Counted from the stretch's first letter, positions 8,541 to 18,272 are shown. The stretch: DNA of 64,000 bases from Candidatus Omnitrophota bacterium (GCA_023247725.1 JAHFFW010000006.1:11210-75209), one strand, 5' to 3'. The notes: generated by a model not told the origin, from the sequence alone. Program-made: numbers and translations.

Positions 8541-10250
8541 TTACGTCGACCGATCGAAAAAAAATATGAACCAATTCATTATAACAAAACCTCCGCAGAA
8601 AAAAGCGAAAATGTCACCGGTTTGCTGATAAAAAGTCTGGCTCTGTGTCACATAGGGAGTAAAAACTGCAAATCCGGCCTCATTGAGGCCTAAACCATTG
8701 TGCTCTTTGGAGTCAATCCATCCGTGCGGATCCACGGCGAACGTCCATCCGGAATTCGTCGCCTGCACGATCCAAAGGCGATTCTCCACGGCGCGCATGA
8801 TGGCTCCCTGAGCATGCAGCAGAAGAGCCTCGGGTCGCTTGAACCAGGCATCATTAATCATGACAATGCCAACCTCTGCCCCTTGTTGCGTGAGCGATCG
8901 CCAAAGTTGAGGATAAAGACTTTCAGAACAAATCCCCACGGCTAATTTTATTAATAGATCTTTCCTCAAAATCACCCTCTGTTGCCGGATGGAAAAAATC
9001 CCAAGACCTGTGCCCGAATGAAAACCAATGCCTTTGAAAGCAAAAATCTGCCGAAAAAAAGGAAAAAACTTGACCTGAGGTGCATATTCGCTAAAAGGAA
9101 TCAGATTCCTTTTCCGATAGATATTCAAAACCACGCTCCGCTTATTCAAAAGCACGGCACTATTATAATAGTGGCCCGCTTCCTTGATCGCCGCTCCGAC
9201 GAGGAGATGAGTCCCGATTTGCTGGGTGATCGCTCCGACCCGTTCCCGCAATTCAAAGTCCTTAAGAAAATCGTCGGGGATAGCGGTTTCTGGCCAGACA
9301 ACCAAATCCGGCCGCTCCGTCTTTAGGCACATTTGGGTCAGATGGATGTGCTGTGCGATCACCTCTGACAAAAGCTCTTTTTGCCATTTGACTTGTGGGT
9401 CGATATTCGGCTGAATGCAGCAGATTTTATAAAAATGGGGGGGGCTTTCTCCAAACGATCGAGTCAGCGAATGGACCGCATCAAAAGACAAAACCGTCAA
9501 CAAGGCCAACGCGGCTGTGGCATAAAAATACGGTAAAACCCGACGACCGGCTGAAGCAGGAACAGCATGTTCTTTCCATCGCAGGTTAAGAGCCCGAAAT
9601 AAACAGTAATTGAAGGTGATCAAAACAAAGGAAATTCCGTAGGATCCGGTTCGGTCAGCGATTTGGACGCTGAAGGGGAAAAATGCCTGAGAATATCCAA
9701 TGGTCCAGGAAAATCCGCCCAGATACCACGAACGAAAAAACTCCGTCACCACCCAGAGCGCGCCCGGATAAAAGAGATCGGCAATCCAGACCCCGACGAA
9801 AAAAAAATATTCTTTCCATCCCCGCCTTTCCCGCGCTGGCCAGGGCAGAATTTGAGTCCGAAAAAAAAGGCAGAATAAAATCGGCTGCAGGGCAAACAAA
9901 CCAACCAAGGCCAGAAAGCCCATGACATTGAGCTCGAGAATCCAATTCCACAGTAAGGCAAACGCGGCCCAGCCAAAAAGTACACCCACCTTGAAATGAT
10001 TCAACCGTGAATGGCCCGAAAAAATTTTTTCTCGATTCGTTTTTATCCATGAGCGGAAATTTTTTGGTTGACCCCTCGGAAAGATCTTTTCTCTATAAGG
10101 GCCATTCTCCAGACTCCAAAAAAGTGGCAGGGCAAAAATCCAGGCCAATGGCCAGAATCCAAAAGGATGGATAACATTGGGGAATGATAAATAAAGAAGA
10201 AAAGCGGAACAAACACTCAACGCGGCGTTCCGGAAAAAATTTGTAGGCAT
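8541..10250 (-). CDS. lnt: Apolipoprotein N-acyltransferase
   Basis: N-terminal polytopic membrane domain followed by a CN-hydrolase domain (VVWPETAIP...E-K-C triad context). 569 aa. Confidence 0.8.
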   Translation of the reverse strand: MPTNFFRNAALSVCSAFLLYLSFPNVIHPFGFWPLAWIFALPLFWSLENGPYREKIFPRGQPKNFRSWIKTNREKIFSGHSRLNHFKVGVLFGWAAFALLWNWILELNVMGFLALVGLFALQPILFCLFFRTQILPWPARERRGWKEYFFFVGVWIADLFYPGALWVVTEFFRSWYLGGFSWTIGYSQAFFPFSVQIADRTGSYGISFVLITFNYCLFRALNLRWKEHAVPASAGRRVLPYFYATAALALLTVLSFDAVHSLTRSFGESPPHFYKICCIQPNIDPQVKWQKELLSEVIAQHIHLTQMCLKTERPDLVVWPETAIPDDFLKDFELRERVGAITQQIGTHLLVGAAIKEAGHYYNSAVLLNKRSVVLNIYRKRNLIPFSEYAPQVKFFPFFRQIFAFKGIGFHSGTGLGIFSIRQQRVILRKDLLIKLAVGICSESLYPQLWRSLTQQGAEVGIVMINDAWFKRPEALLLHAQGAIMRAVENRLWIVQATNSGWTFAVDPHGWIDSKEHNGLGLNEAGFAVFTPYVTQSQTFYQQTGDIFAFFCGGFVIMNWFIFFFDRST

Positions 10251-10454
10251 ACGCCGTGTATCTTAAAGGAACTTGGCTGGCTTTTCCAGAAGCGTTTTAC
10301 CCCGCCTGAAACGCAAAATCTCTTCGAGATTTTACCCGGCGGCCCTTCGGGCGGATTTTGCTTTGCAAAATCCGGGTTTAACAAAGTGGCCAGATGATCA
10401 CCGTCGGAGGGAAACGGAAAGCTGATCATCTTTGGCCCAGGAAGCTCGGAGGTT

Positions 10455-12977
10455 TTATTTTCTGAAAGAAGGTGAAGGTTCCATCGGTTTGGCAGCGGAA
10501 GACATCAGGGCCGCAGATTCAACCAGGCGAATGAATTCCGCTCGGTAGCCCTGAGGATCTTCACCGCGAGCAGCCCGGGCGCGCTGCAAAATCTGTTCGT
10601 AAGATGCATTGTGTCTGTAGGGTGATTCGCGCAGGAGCAAACCGAATTCTGCCACGCCAGAGGCAAATTGAAAATTGGCCGACGGGGCTCGAGACTTCGG
10701 ATCCTTGGCCTGAACCGCCCTGGTTATCAAATGACTTTGATTCTCATCCGGCTTTTTATAACGGAGCTTAATCGTGAGGAGTTCCTGGCTGTCGATGATT
10801 TTTACAGGCTGGGGCGTTTCGATTCGCTGGTATTTGAGCGGGTCAACACTGGCGAAATTTTCGGAAGAATGAGTATCGACGATTTCATACAACGCCGTCA
10901 CGCTGTGACCCGCGCCCATGTCTCCGGCGTCTTTCATGTCGTTATTAAAATCTTCTTTGGCTAAGCCACGGTCCTCAAACCCAAGCAAACGATAGGCCTT
11001 GACCTGGCCGGGGTTAAATTCAATCTGAATCTTGACGTCCTTGGCAATCGTTAACAACGTGCCGCCGAGTTGCTGGACAAAAACTTTCTGGCCTTCCAGG
11101 ATATTATCGATGTAACCATAATTGCCGTTGCCATGATCGGCGAGTTTTTCCATCTTGGAATCTTTGTAGTTCCCGGTCCCGAAACCCAGGACACTCAAAA
11201 AAATCCCTTCGTTGCGCTTCGATTCGATGAGATTGATCAACTCATCGTCACTACTGACCCCGACATTAAAATCTCCATCGGTCGCAAGAATAATCCGATT
11301 GTTACCGCCGGAAATAAAATGTTCCGCCGCTAAACGGTAGGCGAGCTTGATTCCCTCCCCGCCGGCAGTCGAGCCACCGGCATAAAGGGCATCGATCGCG
11401 GACAAAATCTTTTCCTTATCGCTGCCAGCCGTCGGCGGCAGGGCCACTCCGGCCGCGCCGGCATAGGTCACGATCGTAACACGATCACTGTCGCGCAGTT
11501 GATTCACTAAAAGTTTGAACGCAGATTTAAGCAGAGGCAATTTTTTGGTTTCATCCATAGAACCGGAGACATCAATAAGAAAAATGAGATTGGCTGGCGG
11601 CAAACGGTCCACGTCCACATTCTTTCCCTGCAGGCCGATGAGGACCAGATTGTGCTGGGGATTCCAGGGACAGGGCGCTACCTCTGTTGTGATCGTCAGG
11701 GGATCCTCCCCTTCGGGCTGAGGGTAATCGTAATGAAAATAATTAATCATCTCCTCGATGCGCACGGCATTCTTGGGCGGCAATTGCCCCGCAGAAATGA
11801 ACCGGCGGACATTGGTATAGGAAGCCGTGTCCACGTCGATCGAAAATGTCGATAAGGGATTACTGTTCGCTTCCAAAAAATTATTCTCCACGATCTGATC
11901 GTACTGTTCTGTATTGGCAGGATACGAAGGCACGGGATATCGGACTAAATCCGACGAGGGCGCAGGTGCAGGCGGGCAAGGCGCAATCACGCAGGAATAA
12001 ATCCTTCGCGATCGTGATAAGACATCTTGCGGCATGGCCTCACCTAACTCATTATTGTTTTGGGAGCCATCCTCGGTGGACATCGCTGATTTGGATTGTC
12101 TTTCCTCCAGTGCACCCATCCGATCAAATTCACCACCACTCGGCATCAAGCCTCCAGCAGGCATCGGCTGATCAGCTCTTAAATCGGCCCTTATTTCCTT
12201 GTAACCATGTTGCGGCAAGGGTTTCATTGATCGATCCCTGCGACCATTTTCCTCATCCGATGCCAGGGGTTGTTCCTGGTCCCTAGATTCTTGTTCCGGT
12301 GATACAAACGCCCGCTTATCCCTGGAGCCTCCTTGGCCGCTGGTTAAACCCTCAAAGGATTGGGAGGAAGATTTTTCTGCGACTTTCGCTAGCTCCATTC
12401 GACCCTCGGAAGGCAATATGGGAATCGGTTGGCTCGCCGGTGCGGAAGTTTCCACCGAAACCGTATCTTCGGTTTGCATCTTTTGTTTGGACGAAATCCC
12501 TTCCTTTTTATTTTCAGAAATTTTTGATTTCTCGCGCTCGGCGGCCTCATCGGCTTTTACAAAATTTTTGGAGGGCTCATGATGAAGAGGCTTAGTGCGG
12601 GCGGCCACCTGTATCCTCGTTTTATTCCGTGCCTGCAGGTTCCTTTGAGTCTGCCACTGGAGGAAGCCAAACACCGCCACTAAAAGAGCCAAAACACTGA
12701 CGCTTAACCCCATCGTGAACCACGGGCCTCGATGCAAGGGTCTCTGAGAAATTTTATCCTGTTCCCATTTCTTTTGAATCTTCTGCTCCAAATCCGGCGA
12801 AAGTTCCTCATCCGGCCACAACGTTAAGGTCGCAAAAATTTTTTTCAACTGGCGAAAATAACTCTGACAGGAAGAACAGGAAACCAGATGCTCTTCGACG
12901 ATTTTCTTTTCTTGAGGCGATACCTCTTGATCGCTATAGGCGCACAGCAATTGTCGTAAATTTTCATGATCAATCAT
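10455..12977 (-). CDS. Anti-sigma factor fused to a YfbK-like extracytoplasmic module: zf-HC2, one TM helix, a ~330-aa disordered linker, vWA, DUF3520
   Basis: N-terminus: CxxC...HxxxC zinc-finger anti-sigma motif (HLVSCSSCQSYF) and a TM helix (LSVSVLALLVAVFGFL). C-terminus: vWA MIDAS DVSGSMD...ATDGDFNVG and the YfbK-type tail. 8-nt overlap with the upstream ECF sigma gene. Confidence 0.75.
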   Translation of the reverse strand: MIDHENLRQLLCAYSDQEVSPQEKKIVEEHLVSCSSCQSYFRQLKKIFATLTLWPDEELSPDLEQKIQKKWEQDKISQRPLHRGPWFTMGLSVSVLALLVAVFGFLQWQTQRNLQARNKTRIQVAARTKPLHHEPSKNFVKADEAAEREKSKISENKKEGISSKQKMQTEDTVSVETSAPASQPIPILPSEGRMELAKVAEKSSSQSFEGLTSGQGGSRDKRAFVSPEQESRDQEQPLASDEENGRRDRSMKPLPQHGYKEIRADLRADQPMPAGGLMPSGGEFDRMGALEERQSKSAMSTEDGSQNNNELGEAMPQDVLSRSRRIYSCVIAPCPPAPAPSSDLVRYPVPSYPANTEQYDQIVENNFLEANSNPLSTFSIDVDTASYTNVRRFISAGQLPPKNAVRIEEMINYFHYDYPQPEGEDPLTITTEVAPCPWNPQHNLVLIGLQGKNVDVDRLPPANLIFLIDVSGSMDETKKLPLLKSAFKLLVNQLRDSDRVTIVTYAGAAGVALPPTAGSDKEKILSAIDALYAGGSTAGGEGIKLAYRLAAEHFISGGNNRIILATDGDFNVGVSSDDELINLIESKRNEGIFLSVLGFGTGNYKDSKMEKLADHGNGNYGYIDNILEGQKVFVQQLGGTLLTIAKDVKIQIEFNPGQVKAYRLLGFEDRGLAKEDFNNDMKDAGDMGAGHSVTALYEIVDTHSSENFASVDPLKYQRIETPQPVKIIDSQELLTIKLRYKKPDENQSHLITRAVQAKDPKSRAPSANFQFASGVAEFGLLLRESPYRHNASYEQILQRARAARGEDPQGYRAEFIRLVESAALMSSAAKPMEPSPSFRK

Positions 12978-13551
12978 GGCGTTCCTCCTTCAGGAAGGCC
13001 GGGACCCCTGTGCGTAAGCCCTCCCGGGCGCGAAAGATCAAGACCTTGACCTTGTCCAAGGAACATCCCAGTACCGTCGAGATTTGCGCATAGCTCAGCT
13101 GATGATATTCCCGTAGGATCAGCGCTTCTTTTTGTTCGTCGGGCAATTGCACAATGGCCATCCGGATATATTTGGCCAGCTCCTGCCGGTCCAATTCTTC
13201 CACGACCTCTTCCCCGCTGGAATCTGTAATCTCCCATTCCTGCCATTCATCGGTTTCATTCTTAGACCATAAGGACAGCAATTTTTTTCGCTGCCGAATT
13301 TTGCTAATGCAGCTATTGTGCGCCACCGTATACAGCCACGTGGAAAATTTTGCCCGGGGATCAAAACGGTATCGCTTGCCAAACACAGCCAGGAAGACTT
13401 CGCCTACGATATCTTCGGCATCGGCACGGTTGCCCAAAAATCTTAAAGCGTAATTGAAAATGGGCATTTTGTAGCGGGAAAAGATCATACTCAGGGCCTC
13501 TTGGTTCCCTTCGGAATATTCCCTCATCAGATCTTCGTCGGGTTTATCCAT
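12970..13551 (-). CDS. ECF (sigma-24 family) RNA polymerase sigma factor
   Basis: Sigma70 region 2 (FLAVFGKRYRFDPRAKFSTWLYTVAHN) and region 4 HTH (LSYAQISTVLGCSLDKVKVLIFRAREGL). Co-operonic with the anti-sigma gene. Confidence 0.85.
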   Translation of the reverse strand: MDKPDEDLMREYSEGNQEALSMIFSRYKMPIFNYALRFLGNRADAEDIVGEVFLAVFGKRYRFDPRAKFSTWLYTVAHNSCISKIRQRKKLLSLWSKNETDEWQEWEITDSSGEEVVEELDRQELAKYIRMAIVQLPDEQKEALILREYHQLSYAQISTVLGCSLDKVKVLIFRAREGLRTGVPAFLKEERHD

Positions 13552-13572
13552 CCGTCCTTGGTCTCCATCCCT

Positions 13573-13600
13573 TTAACGCCTGAAAGGAAGAAAAGTTACA
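13573..13600 (-). promoter_or_regulatory. Possible autoregulated ECF-type promoter (-35 GTAACTT, 16 nt, -10 CGTTA) just upstream of the ECF sigma gene
   Basis: Minus-strand TGTAACTTTTC...CGTTAAAG resembles the GGAACTT/CGTCT class of ECF promoters. By eye only. Confidence 0.25.
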
Positions 13601-13686
13601 ACCATTGGGCAGGCCGCGCAAGTCATACAAAAAGAAGAATAAAAAATTTTTAAGGAGCAAAACAGGGTCTGGGCGAAGATAAGCCT

Positions 13687-14589
13687 TTAACTCAATTTCT
13701 TTATAGCGTCACGCAATTCTTCTGGCGTGGCGGATTCGTGGGATTCAATGACCTTGATGGCCGCCCGGCGGATGAAAGGCATAATCCGATCGAGATCGAA
13801 ATCTCCGGCAAAGGGGGCCAGATGATCTCTCAAGCCGCGGACTCCATGGATGTGCATTCCATACAAATGCCCGCTATACCGATTCAGATAATCGAGGTGT
13901 TTGGCCAGCCCCAGGCGTTCATTGACCTCGGCGTGTCCGTTGTCGTGCCAATAGACCAGACCCTGGGAAGCAAAACGCTGCAGGAAAAACTCCACCTCAT
14001 CGACATTCGGAATCTCGTGGGGATAATAGCGGGTTTCCAATCCGATCTTGATAGCTTTTTCTGCAGCGTAAGGAAGAATTTCTTTGAAACTTTCCTCGAT
14101 GGCCATGAGATAGGGTTCGGCTTTTTGTTTGCGCTTTTGGCGAAAATCTTCTCGCCAATGGATGAATTCCTCCGTCGCAGTCTTTCCTTCCTGATAAAGC
14201 TTGATGAGATTTCGTTCCGGTTCGCCCTCGAGCATAATGGTGCCCGCGTGAATGACCAGGACCTTGGCCCGGATACGGTCGGCGGTATCAATGGATTTCT
14301 TCGTCCAAAAAATTGCTTTTTCTCGTTCCTGTGGATCAAGGGCAGAAAGAAAATGCAGGTTAGAGACATGCCGGCCGGGTTGGCCGTCATCCGGACAAGG
14401 ACAATAATTATGGACACTCGAAACCTTTAAAGGAATTTTGGGGAGAAAGGACATCAGTTGTTCTAGGCGATCGGCGGGAAAATTGTAGCCCAGCTCAACG
14501 TACTCGAAACCCAGCTGCTTGATGTCATTCAAAAGCTGACGCGGATCGGTTTGCCGTTGGGAATTCCAGGCCGTGGAGAGTGATAACAT
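13687..14589 (-). CDS. Sugar phosphate isomerase/epimerase (xylose-isomerase-like TIM barrel)
   Basis: Family-level similarity (AP-endonuclease-2/TIM-barrel fold, conserved His/Glu/Asp pattern). 300 aa. Confidence 0.55.
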   Translation of the reverse strand: MLSLSTAWNSQRQTDPRQLLNDIKQLGFEYVELGYNFPADRLEQLMSFLPKIPLKVSSVHNYCPCPDDGQPGRHVSNLHFLSALDPQEREKAIFWTKKSIDTADRIRAKVLVIHAGTIMLEGEPERNLIKLYQEGKTATEEFIHWREDFRQKRKQKAEPYLMAIEESFKEILPYAAEKAIKIGLETRYYPHEIPNVDEVEFFLQRFASQGLVYWHDNGHAEVNERLGLAKHLDYLNRYSGHLYGMHIHGVRGLRDHLAPFAGDFDLDRIMPFIRRAAIKVIESHESATPEELRDAIKKLS

Positions 14590-14621
14590 ATTGAACTAAA
14601 ACGGCAAAATGAAAATAAATT

Positions 14622-14718
14622 ACAGGTTATCCGGCAATCTGGTCATCACCGAAATGCCGGCCCGGATATCAGGATTTCCCTTTCCGGATCTGCGGTTGAC
14701 CGGATTGCCGTTTGGTAA
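14622..14718. repeat. Family-B repeat copy
   Basis: ACAGGTTATCCGGCAATCTGGTCATCACCGAAATGCCGGCCCGGATATCAGGATTTCCCTTTCCGGATC... Confidence 0.55.
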
Positions 14719-14727
14719 CTCAATGAC

Positions 14728-14766
14728 TCCCGGGGAATTTTTGTCGTCGGGGTTCACAAAACTCCC
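14728..14766. repeat. Family-C motif CTCCCGGGGAATTTTTGTCGTCGGGGTTCACAAAACTCC
   Basis: Read directly. Adjacent to the family-B copy, as in the carA/carB element. Confidence 0.55.
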
Positions 14767-14773
14767 CGATCCC

Positions 14774-15592
14774 TCAATAGATATTTTTCTTGACCCTGCC
14801 CGTGGAAAGAACCCGCGGACCCTTCTTTTTAGCCGGTTCTTTTTTCTCCGGTGTTGCGGCGGCCGCCGGGACAGGTTTGGATGTTGTCAAATCCGGAGGC
14901 TTGGGTAAAGGATTGTCCTTCGGGGGGGGTTCCTTGCGAGCAGGATTTTCATTTTGCAATTCTGCATCCTGTTTACGGATTCGGTCGGTGAGCTCCTTCA
15001 TGGACTCATTTTCCCGCTGCAATTGATCTTTCTGGATAGAGGCCTTTTGCCGCGGCGTCAATTCCTCCGGCGGGCCCTGACGCCTTAAATGCAAAGCCTC
15101 TTCGCGGTCTTTAAGCAAATCAATCTTCTGTTTGTATTCCTCCAGCATTTTGCTGCGCTCGGCGATGGCCTCATCCATGAGGCGAGCCTTGGCGGCCGTA
15201 TCTTCCGGCGAATTTCCCAACCGATTGAGTTTCTCTAAAAGATCCTTCTCGAAGGCGGCTTTCTTCCGGTTATAATTTTCAATCACCTTGTTGGACTCTG
15301 CGCGGATCTCCTTAAGCCTCGTCGTGTATTCCTCGATGGTAAGAAGAGAAGGGGCTGCCTGGTTGGCGGCGGGGGCCGCTTCCTTGTCCTTGGCATTGGA
15401 TCCCAAAGCCAAAAGACAGGACGAGTCAACAATCGAAGGTTCCGTCATGGAATGGAATCTTTGCGGCAGGCTGGCTGTGCTTAAAACCTCGGCGAGATTA
15501 TTTTCCGCCAGGGCTTGCTGGGTCATGTGCCCGGAAAGAAGAAATGTGACCATAAAAATCTTGCTCAGCATAATGTTCCTTTCGCGAATCAT
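14774..15592 (-). CDS. Secreted coiled-coil protein with a Pro/Lys-rich C-terminus
   Basis: Signal peptide, heptad-rich central region, PPKDNPLPKPPDLTTSKPVPAAAATPEKKEP tail. Start overlaps the upstream stop (TAATG). Confidence 0.45.
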   Translation of the reverse strand: MIRERNIMLSKIFMVTFLLSGHMTQQALAENNLAEVLSTASLPQRFHSMTEPSIVDSSCLLALGSNAKDKEAAPAANQAAPSLLTIEEYTTRLKEIRAESNKVIENYNRKKAAFEKDLLEKLNRLGNSPEDTAAKARLMDEAIAERSKMLEEYKQKIDLLKDREEALHLRRQGPPEELTPRQKASIQKDQLQRENESMKELTDRIRKQDAELQNENPARKEPPPKDNPLPKPPDLTTSKPVPAAAATPEKKEPAKKKGPRVLSTGRVKKNIY

Positions 15593-16167
15593 TACTTGCG
15601 TCTACTGCCTTTCTCCAAATCTTGCAATTGATTATTGAGAATCGGGCGACCCGCAGCCGTCGAAGACACACTTTTTTCATCGACCGCCTTCATCTGCTGT
15701 AAGGTCAAAAGGGCTCGTTTAAAATCTTCCTCGTCGCGTTTCTGTTGAAAAATCACGGCGCTGCGCTCAATGGCCTTCTGTGCCGTCTCTTGATCTCCCG
15801 CCAGGCCGTAACACAGCCCCAATAGATAAAAGGCTTGGCCATTATCGGGCTGAACCCTCACCACATTTTCAAAGCTCGCGATGGCGCCCTTGATATTATT
15901 GGTCCGCATATAAACCTCGCCGAGGATGAAATGAGGTTCGGGATCGTTGGGGTTTTGCTTAACCGCTTGATTGAAGGCCATGATGGCCCGAGAAAAATCT
16001 TTTTGATTAAGGAACTGGACTCCCTGTTTAACCAGGCTTCCTTGGGAAGATCCCACGAGGGTACTGGCGCCGAGTTGGGGACTGGATTGAGACGAACGGG
16101 ATTCGTTCTTTGAGCCGCATCCGACGAGCAGAAAAACAACCGCGATAAAGATAAAAAAATTTTTCAT
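15592..16167 (-). CDS. TPR-repeat lipoprotein
   Basis: Lipobox LLVGC after a signal peptide. Three TPR-like repeats (AIMAFNQAVKQNP, ILGEVYMRTNN, YLLGLCYGLAGD). Confidence 0.6.
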   Translation of the reverse strand: MKNFFIFIAVVFLLVGCGSKNESRSSQSSPQLGASTLVGSSQGSLVKQGVQFLNQKDFSRAIMAFNQAVKQNPNDPEPHFILGEVYMRTNNIKGAIASFENVVRVQPDNGQAFYLLGLCYGLAGDQETAQKAIERSAVIFQQKRDEEDFKRALLTLQQMKAVDEKSVSSTAAGRPILNNQLQDLEKGSRRK

Positions 16168-16193
16168 ACTTTGCCCCCTTGGGTAATGTGCTC

Positions 16194-17642
16194 TTATATG
16201 GAAACCTTACTGGCTTGTGCCAATAAATATTGATGAACCCCCTCGGCGGCGGCGCGCCCTTCGGCTATGGCCCAGACCACGAGCGATTGGCCTCTGGCCA
16301 TATCTCCGGCGGCAAAGACCCCTGGAACCGAAGTCATTTTTGCAAGGTTCGTTTTGACATTGCCGCGGCCATCCAATTCCACACCGAGTTCTTCCAGCAA
16401 TCCCTTTTTGACCGGACCTGTAAAACCTAAAGCCAACAAAACCATATCGACATCGACGACAAAATCGGATTCCGGAATCCCTTGGAAAGACGACCGTCCG
16501 GTCATTGGATCTTTCGGAGCGTATTCCAGACGAACGGCGTGCAATTTTTTTAGCTTCCCATGCTCACCGCTGAATTTTTTGGTCAGGATGCCATAATCCT
16601 GCTCGACGCCCTCTTCGTGCGAGGTCGATTTTCTTTGAATGAACGCCCAGTTAGGCCAAGGATTATCCGCGGCTCTTTCTTTGGGAGGTTGGGGCAGAAG
16701 CTCATATTGTTTGACCCAGATGGCACCTTGGCGATTGGCAGTGCCTAAACAGTCAGAACCAGTATCTCCGCCTCCTAAAATAATAACCCCTTTTCCCTCG
16801 GCCGTCACGCTCAATTTGCGATCGATCGCCTGTCCTTGATTGCGTCGGTTCTGTTGAGGCAAATAGAACATCGCCTGATAAATTCCTTCGAGTTCCCGTC
16901 CAGGAATCGGTAAATCGCGCGGCTCTTCGGCCCCGCCGCACAAGACCAGCGCATCAAAATTTTTCTGCAATTCTTTTGCGGAGACATCGACGCCCACATT
17001 AACCTTATTTTTGAAGGCAACACCTTCAGCCTGCATGCGATTCAATCGTCGCTGTATCACCCATTTTTCCAATTTAAAATCCGGGATGCCCAGCCACAAC
17101 AATCCGCCGAAATATTCGTTCTTTTCGTAAACGGTGACCTTATGTCCGAGCTTATTGAGTTGATCGGCGCAGGCGAGCCCCGCCGGGCCAGAACCGATGA
17201 CCGCAGTTTTCTTGCCTGTGCGGATTTTCGGAGGCCTTGGCTTGATCCAATTGTTCTCATAGGCCTTTTCAATGATGGATAGTTCAATATTTTTGATCGT
17301 GACAGCGGGTTGATTGATACTCAGAACGCAGGAATTCTCACACGGGGCTGGACAAATACGGCCGGTAAACTCTGGAAAGTTGTTGGTCTTATGCAGCCTT
17401 TCGATGGCCTCTTGCCAACGGTCGTTGTAAACCAGATCGTTCCAATCCGGAATGATGTTGCCGATGGGACACCCGGATTGGCAAAAGGGAACCCCGCAAT
17501 CCATGCAGCGTCCGCCCTGGCGCCTCAATTCCTCGACGGGCATGGGCAGATAAAATTCTTTCCAATGTTTCAAACGCTGCGGGATTGGCTGTTTGGCGAA
17601 ATCCTTGCGTTCCCATTTCATGAATCCTTTGACGTCACCCAT
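16194..17642 (-). CDS. gltD: Glutamate synthase (NADPH) small subunit
   Basis: N-terminal Cys cluster CMDCGVPFCQSGCP, FAD/NAD Rossmann GSGPAGLACA. 482 aa. Confidence 0.9.
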   Translation of the reverse strand: MGDVKGFMKWERKDFAKQPIPQRLKHWKEFYLPMPVEELRRQGGRCMDCGVPFCQSGCPIGNIIPDWNDLVYNDRWQEAIERLHKTNNFPEFTGRICPAPCENSCVLSINQPAVTIKNIELSIIEKAYENNWIKPRPPKIRTGKKTAVIGSGPAGLACADQLNKLGHKVTVYEKNEYFGGLLWLGIPDFKLEKWVIQRRLNRMQAEGVAFKNKVNVGVDVSAKELQKNFDALVLCGGAEEPRDLPIPGRELEGIYQAMFYLPQQNRRNQGQAIDRKLSVTAEGKGVIILGGGDTGSDCLGTANRQGAIWVKQYELLPQPPKERAADNPWPNWAFIQRKSTSHEEGVEQDYGILTKKFSGEHGKLKKLHAVRLEYAPKDPMTGRSSFQGIPESDFVVDVDMVLLALGFTGPVKKGLLEELGVELDGRGNVKTNLAKMTSVPGVFAAGDMARGQSLVVWAIAEGRAAAEGVHQYLLAQASKVSI

Positions 17643-17694
17643 TCCCTAATCCATTTTTAAACACTGGCCTTTTAAACTTTCTTATCCCGCGAGC

Positions 17695-17910
17695 TCATCG
17701 TTTTATATGCTCCGTTAACGCCATCTCGACTTGAAGTTCTTTGCGTCCACCGAAGAGTTTTGCTGCATCGAGGGATTCAATGCCCACCGCTTTGCCCGAG
17801 GCATCATAATCAACAATAATGCCTTCGGCAATCTCATCACTTTCCTCAATTTTTGCTTTTCTTAATCGAAGATATAAAGCGTCGGCCTTGGGATCATAAC
17901 TCATTTTCAT
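17695..17910 (-). CDS. DUF2283-family small protein (71 aa)
   Basis: MKMSYDPKADALYLRL...GKAVGIE matches the DUF2283 consensus. This family is often antitoxin-like, and no partner is seen adjacent. Confidence 0.55.
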   Translation of the reverse strand: MKMSYDPKADALYLRLRKAKIEESDEIAEGIIVDYDASGKAVGIESLDAAKLFGGRKELQVEMALTEHIKR

Positions 17911-17948
17911 ATTTTATTCCTTCTCATAAATCATCTGCAAATCCCCCC

Positions 17949-18272
17949 TTAAATCCGCACACCCGTTACCAGCACTTCCTCAAGAAAACTTGCCGGAGTT
18001 GCCGACTTAATTTCCTTTTCTGTGTAGCCCTTCGCCTCAATTGGCCTCATGATTCTTGCCGCGGCCATCCCCAAAATTTCGAGTCTTTCTCTTAGATTCA
18101 ATTTCGCAAAATCGTTCGAGATGACGACCAAATCGATGTCGCTATCCCTTCTTGGATTTCCTTTTGTGAAGGATCCAAATAAAATTACGCGCTCTACATG
18201 AATACCCAAATCGAAAAGTACTTTTTTATATTCCCTAATTATTTCTTTAATCTTTTGTCTTGTTTTAGACAT
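17949..18272 (-). CDS. Minimal nucleotidyltransferase (MNT), HEPN/MNT toxin-antitoxin component
   Basis: GSFTKGNPRRDSDIDLVV = canonical GS...DxD polymerase-beta-like NT motif. 107 aa. Confidence 0.7.
   Translation of the reverse strand: MSKTRQKIKEIIREYKKVLFDLGIHVERVILFGSFTKGNPRRDSDIDLVVISNDFAKLNLRERLEILGMAAARIMRPIEAKGYTEKEIKSATPASFLEEVLVTGVRI

Noticed and set aside
13738-14430. Plus-strand 230-aa ORF
   Set aside because: Antisense to the TIM-barrel isomerase gene.
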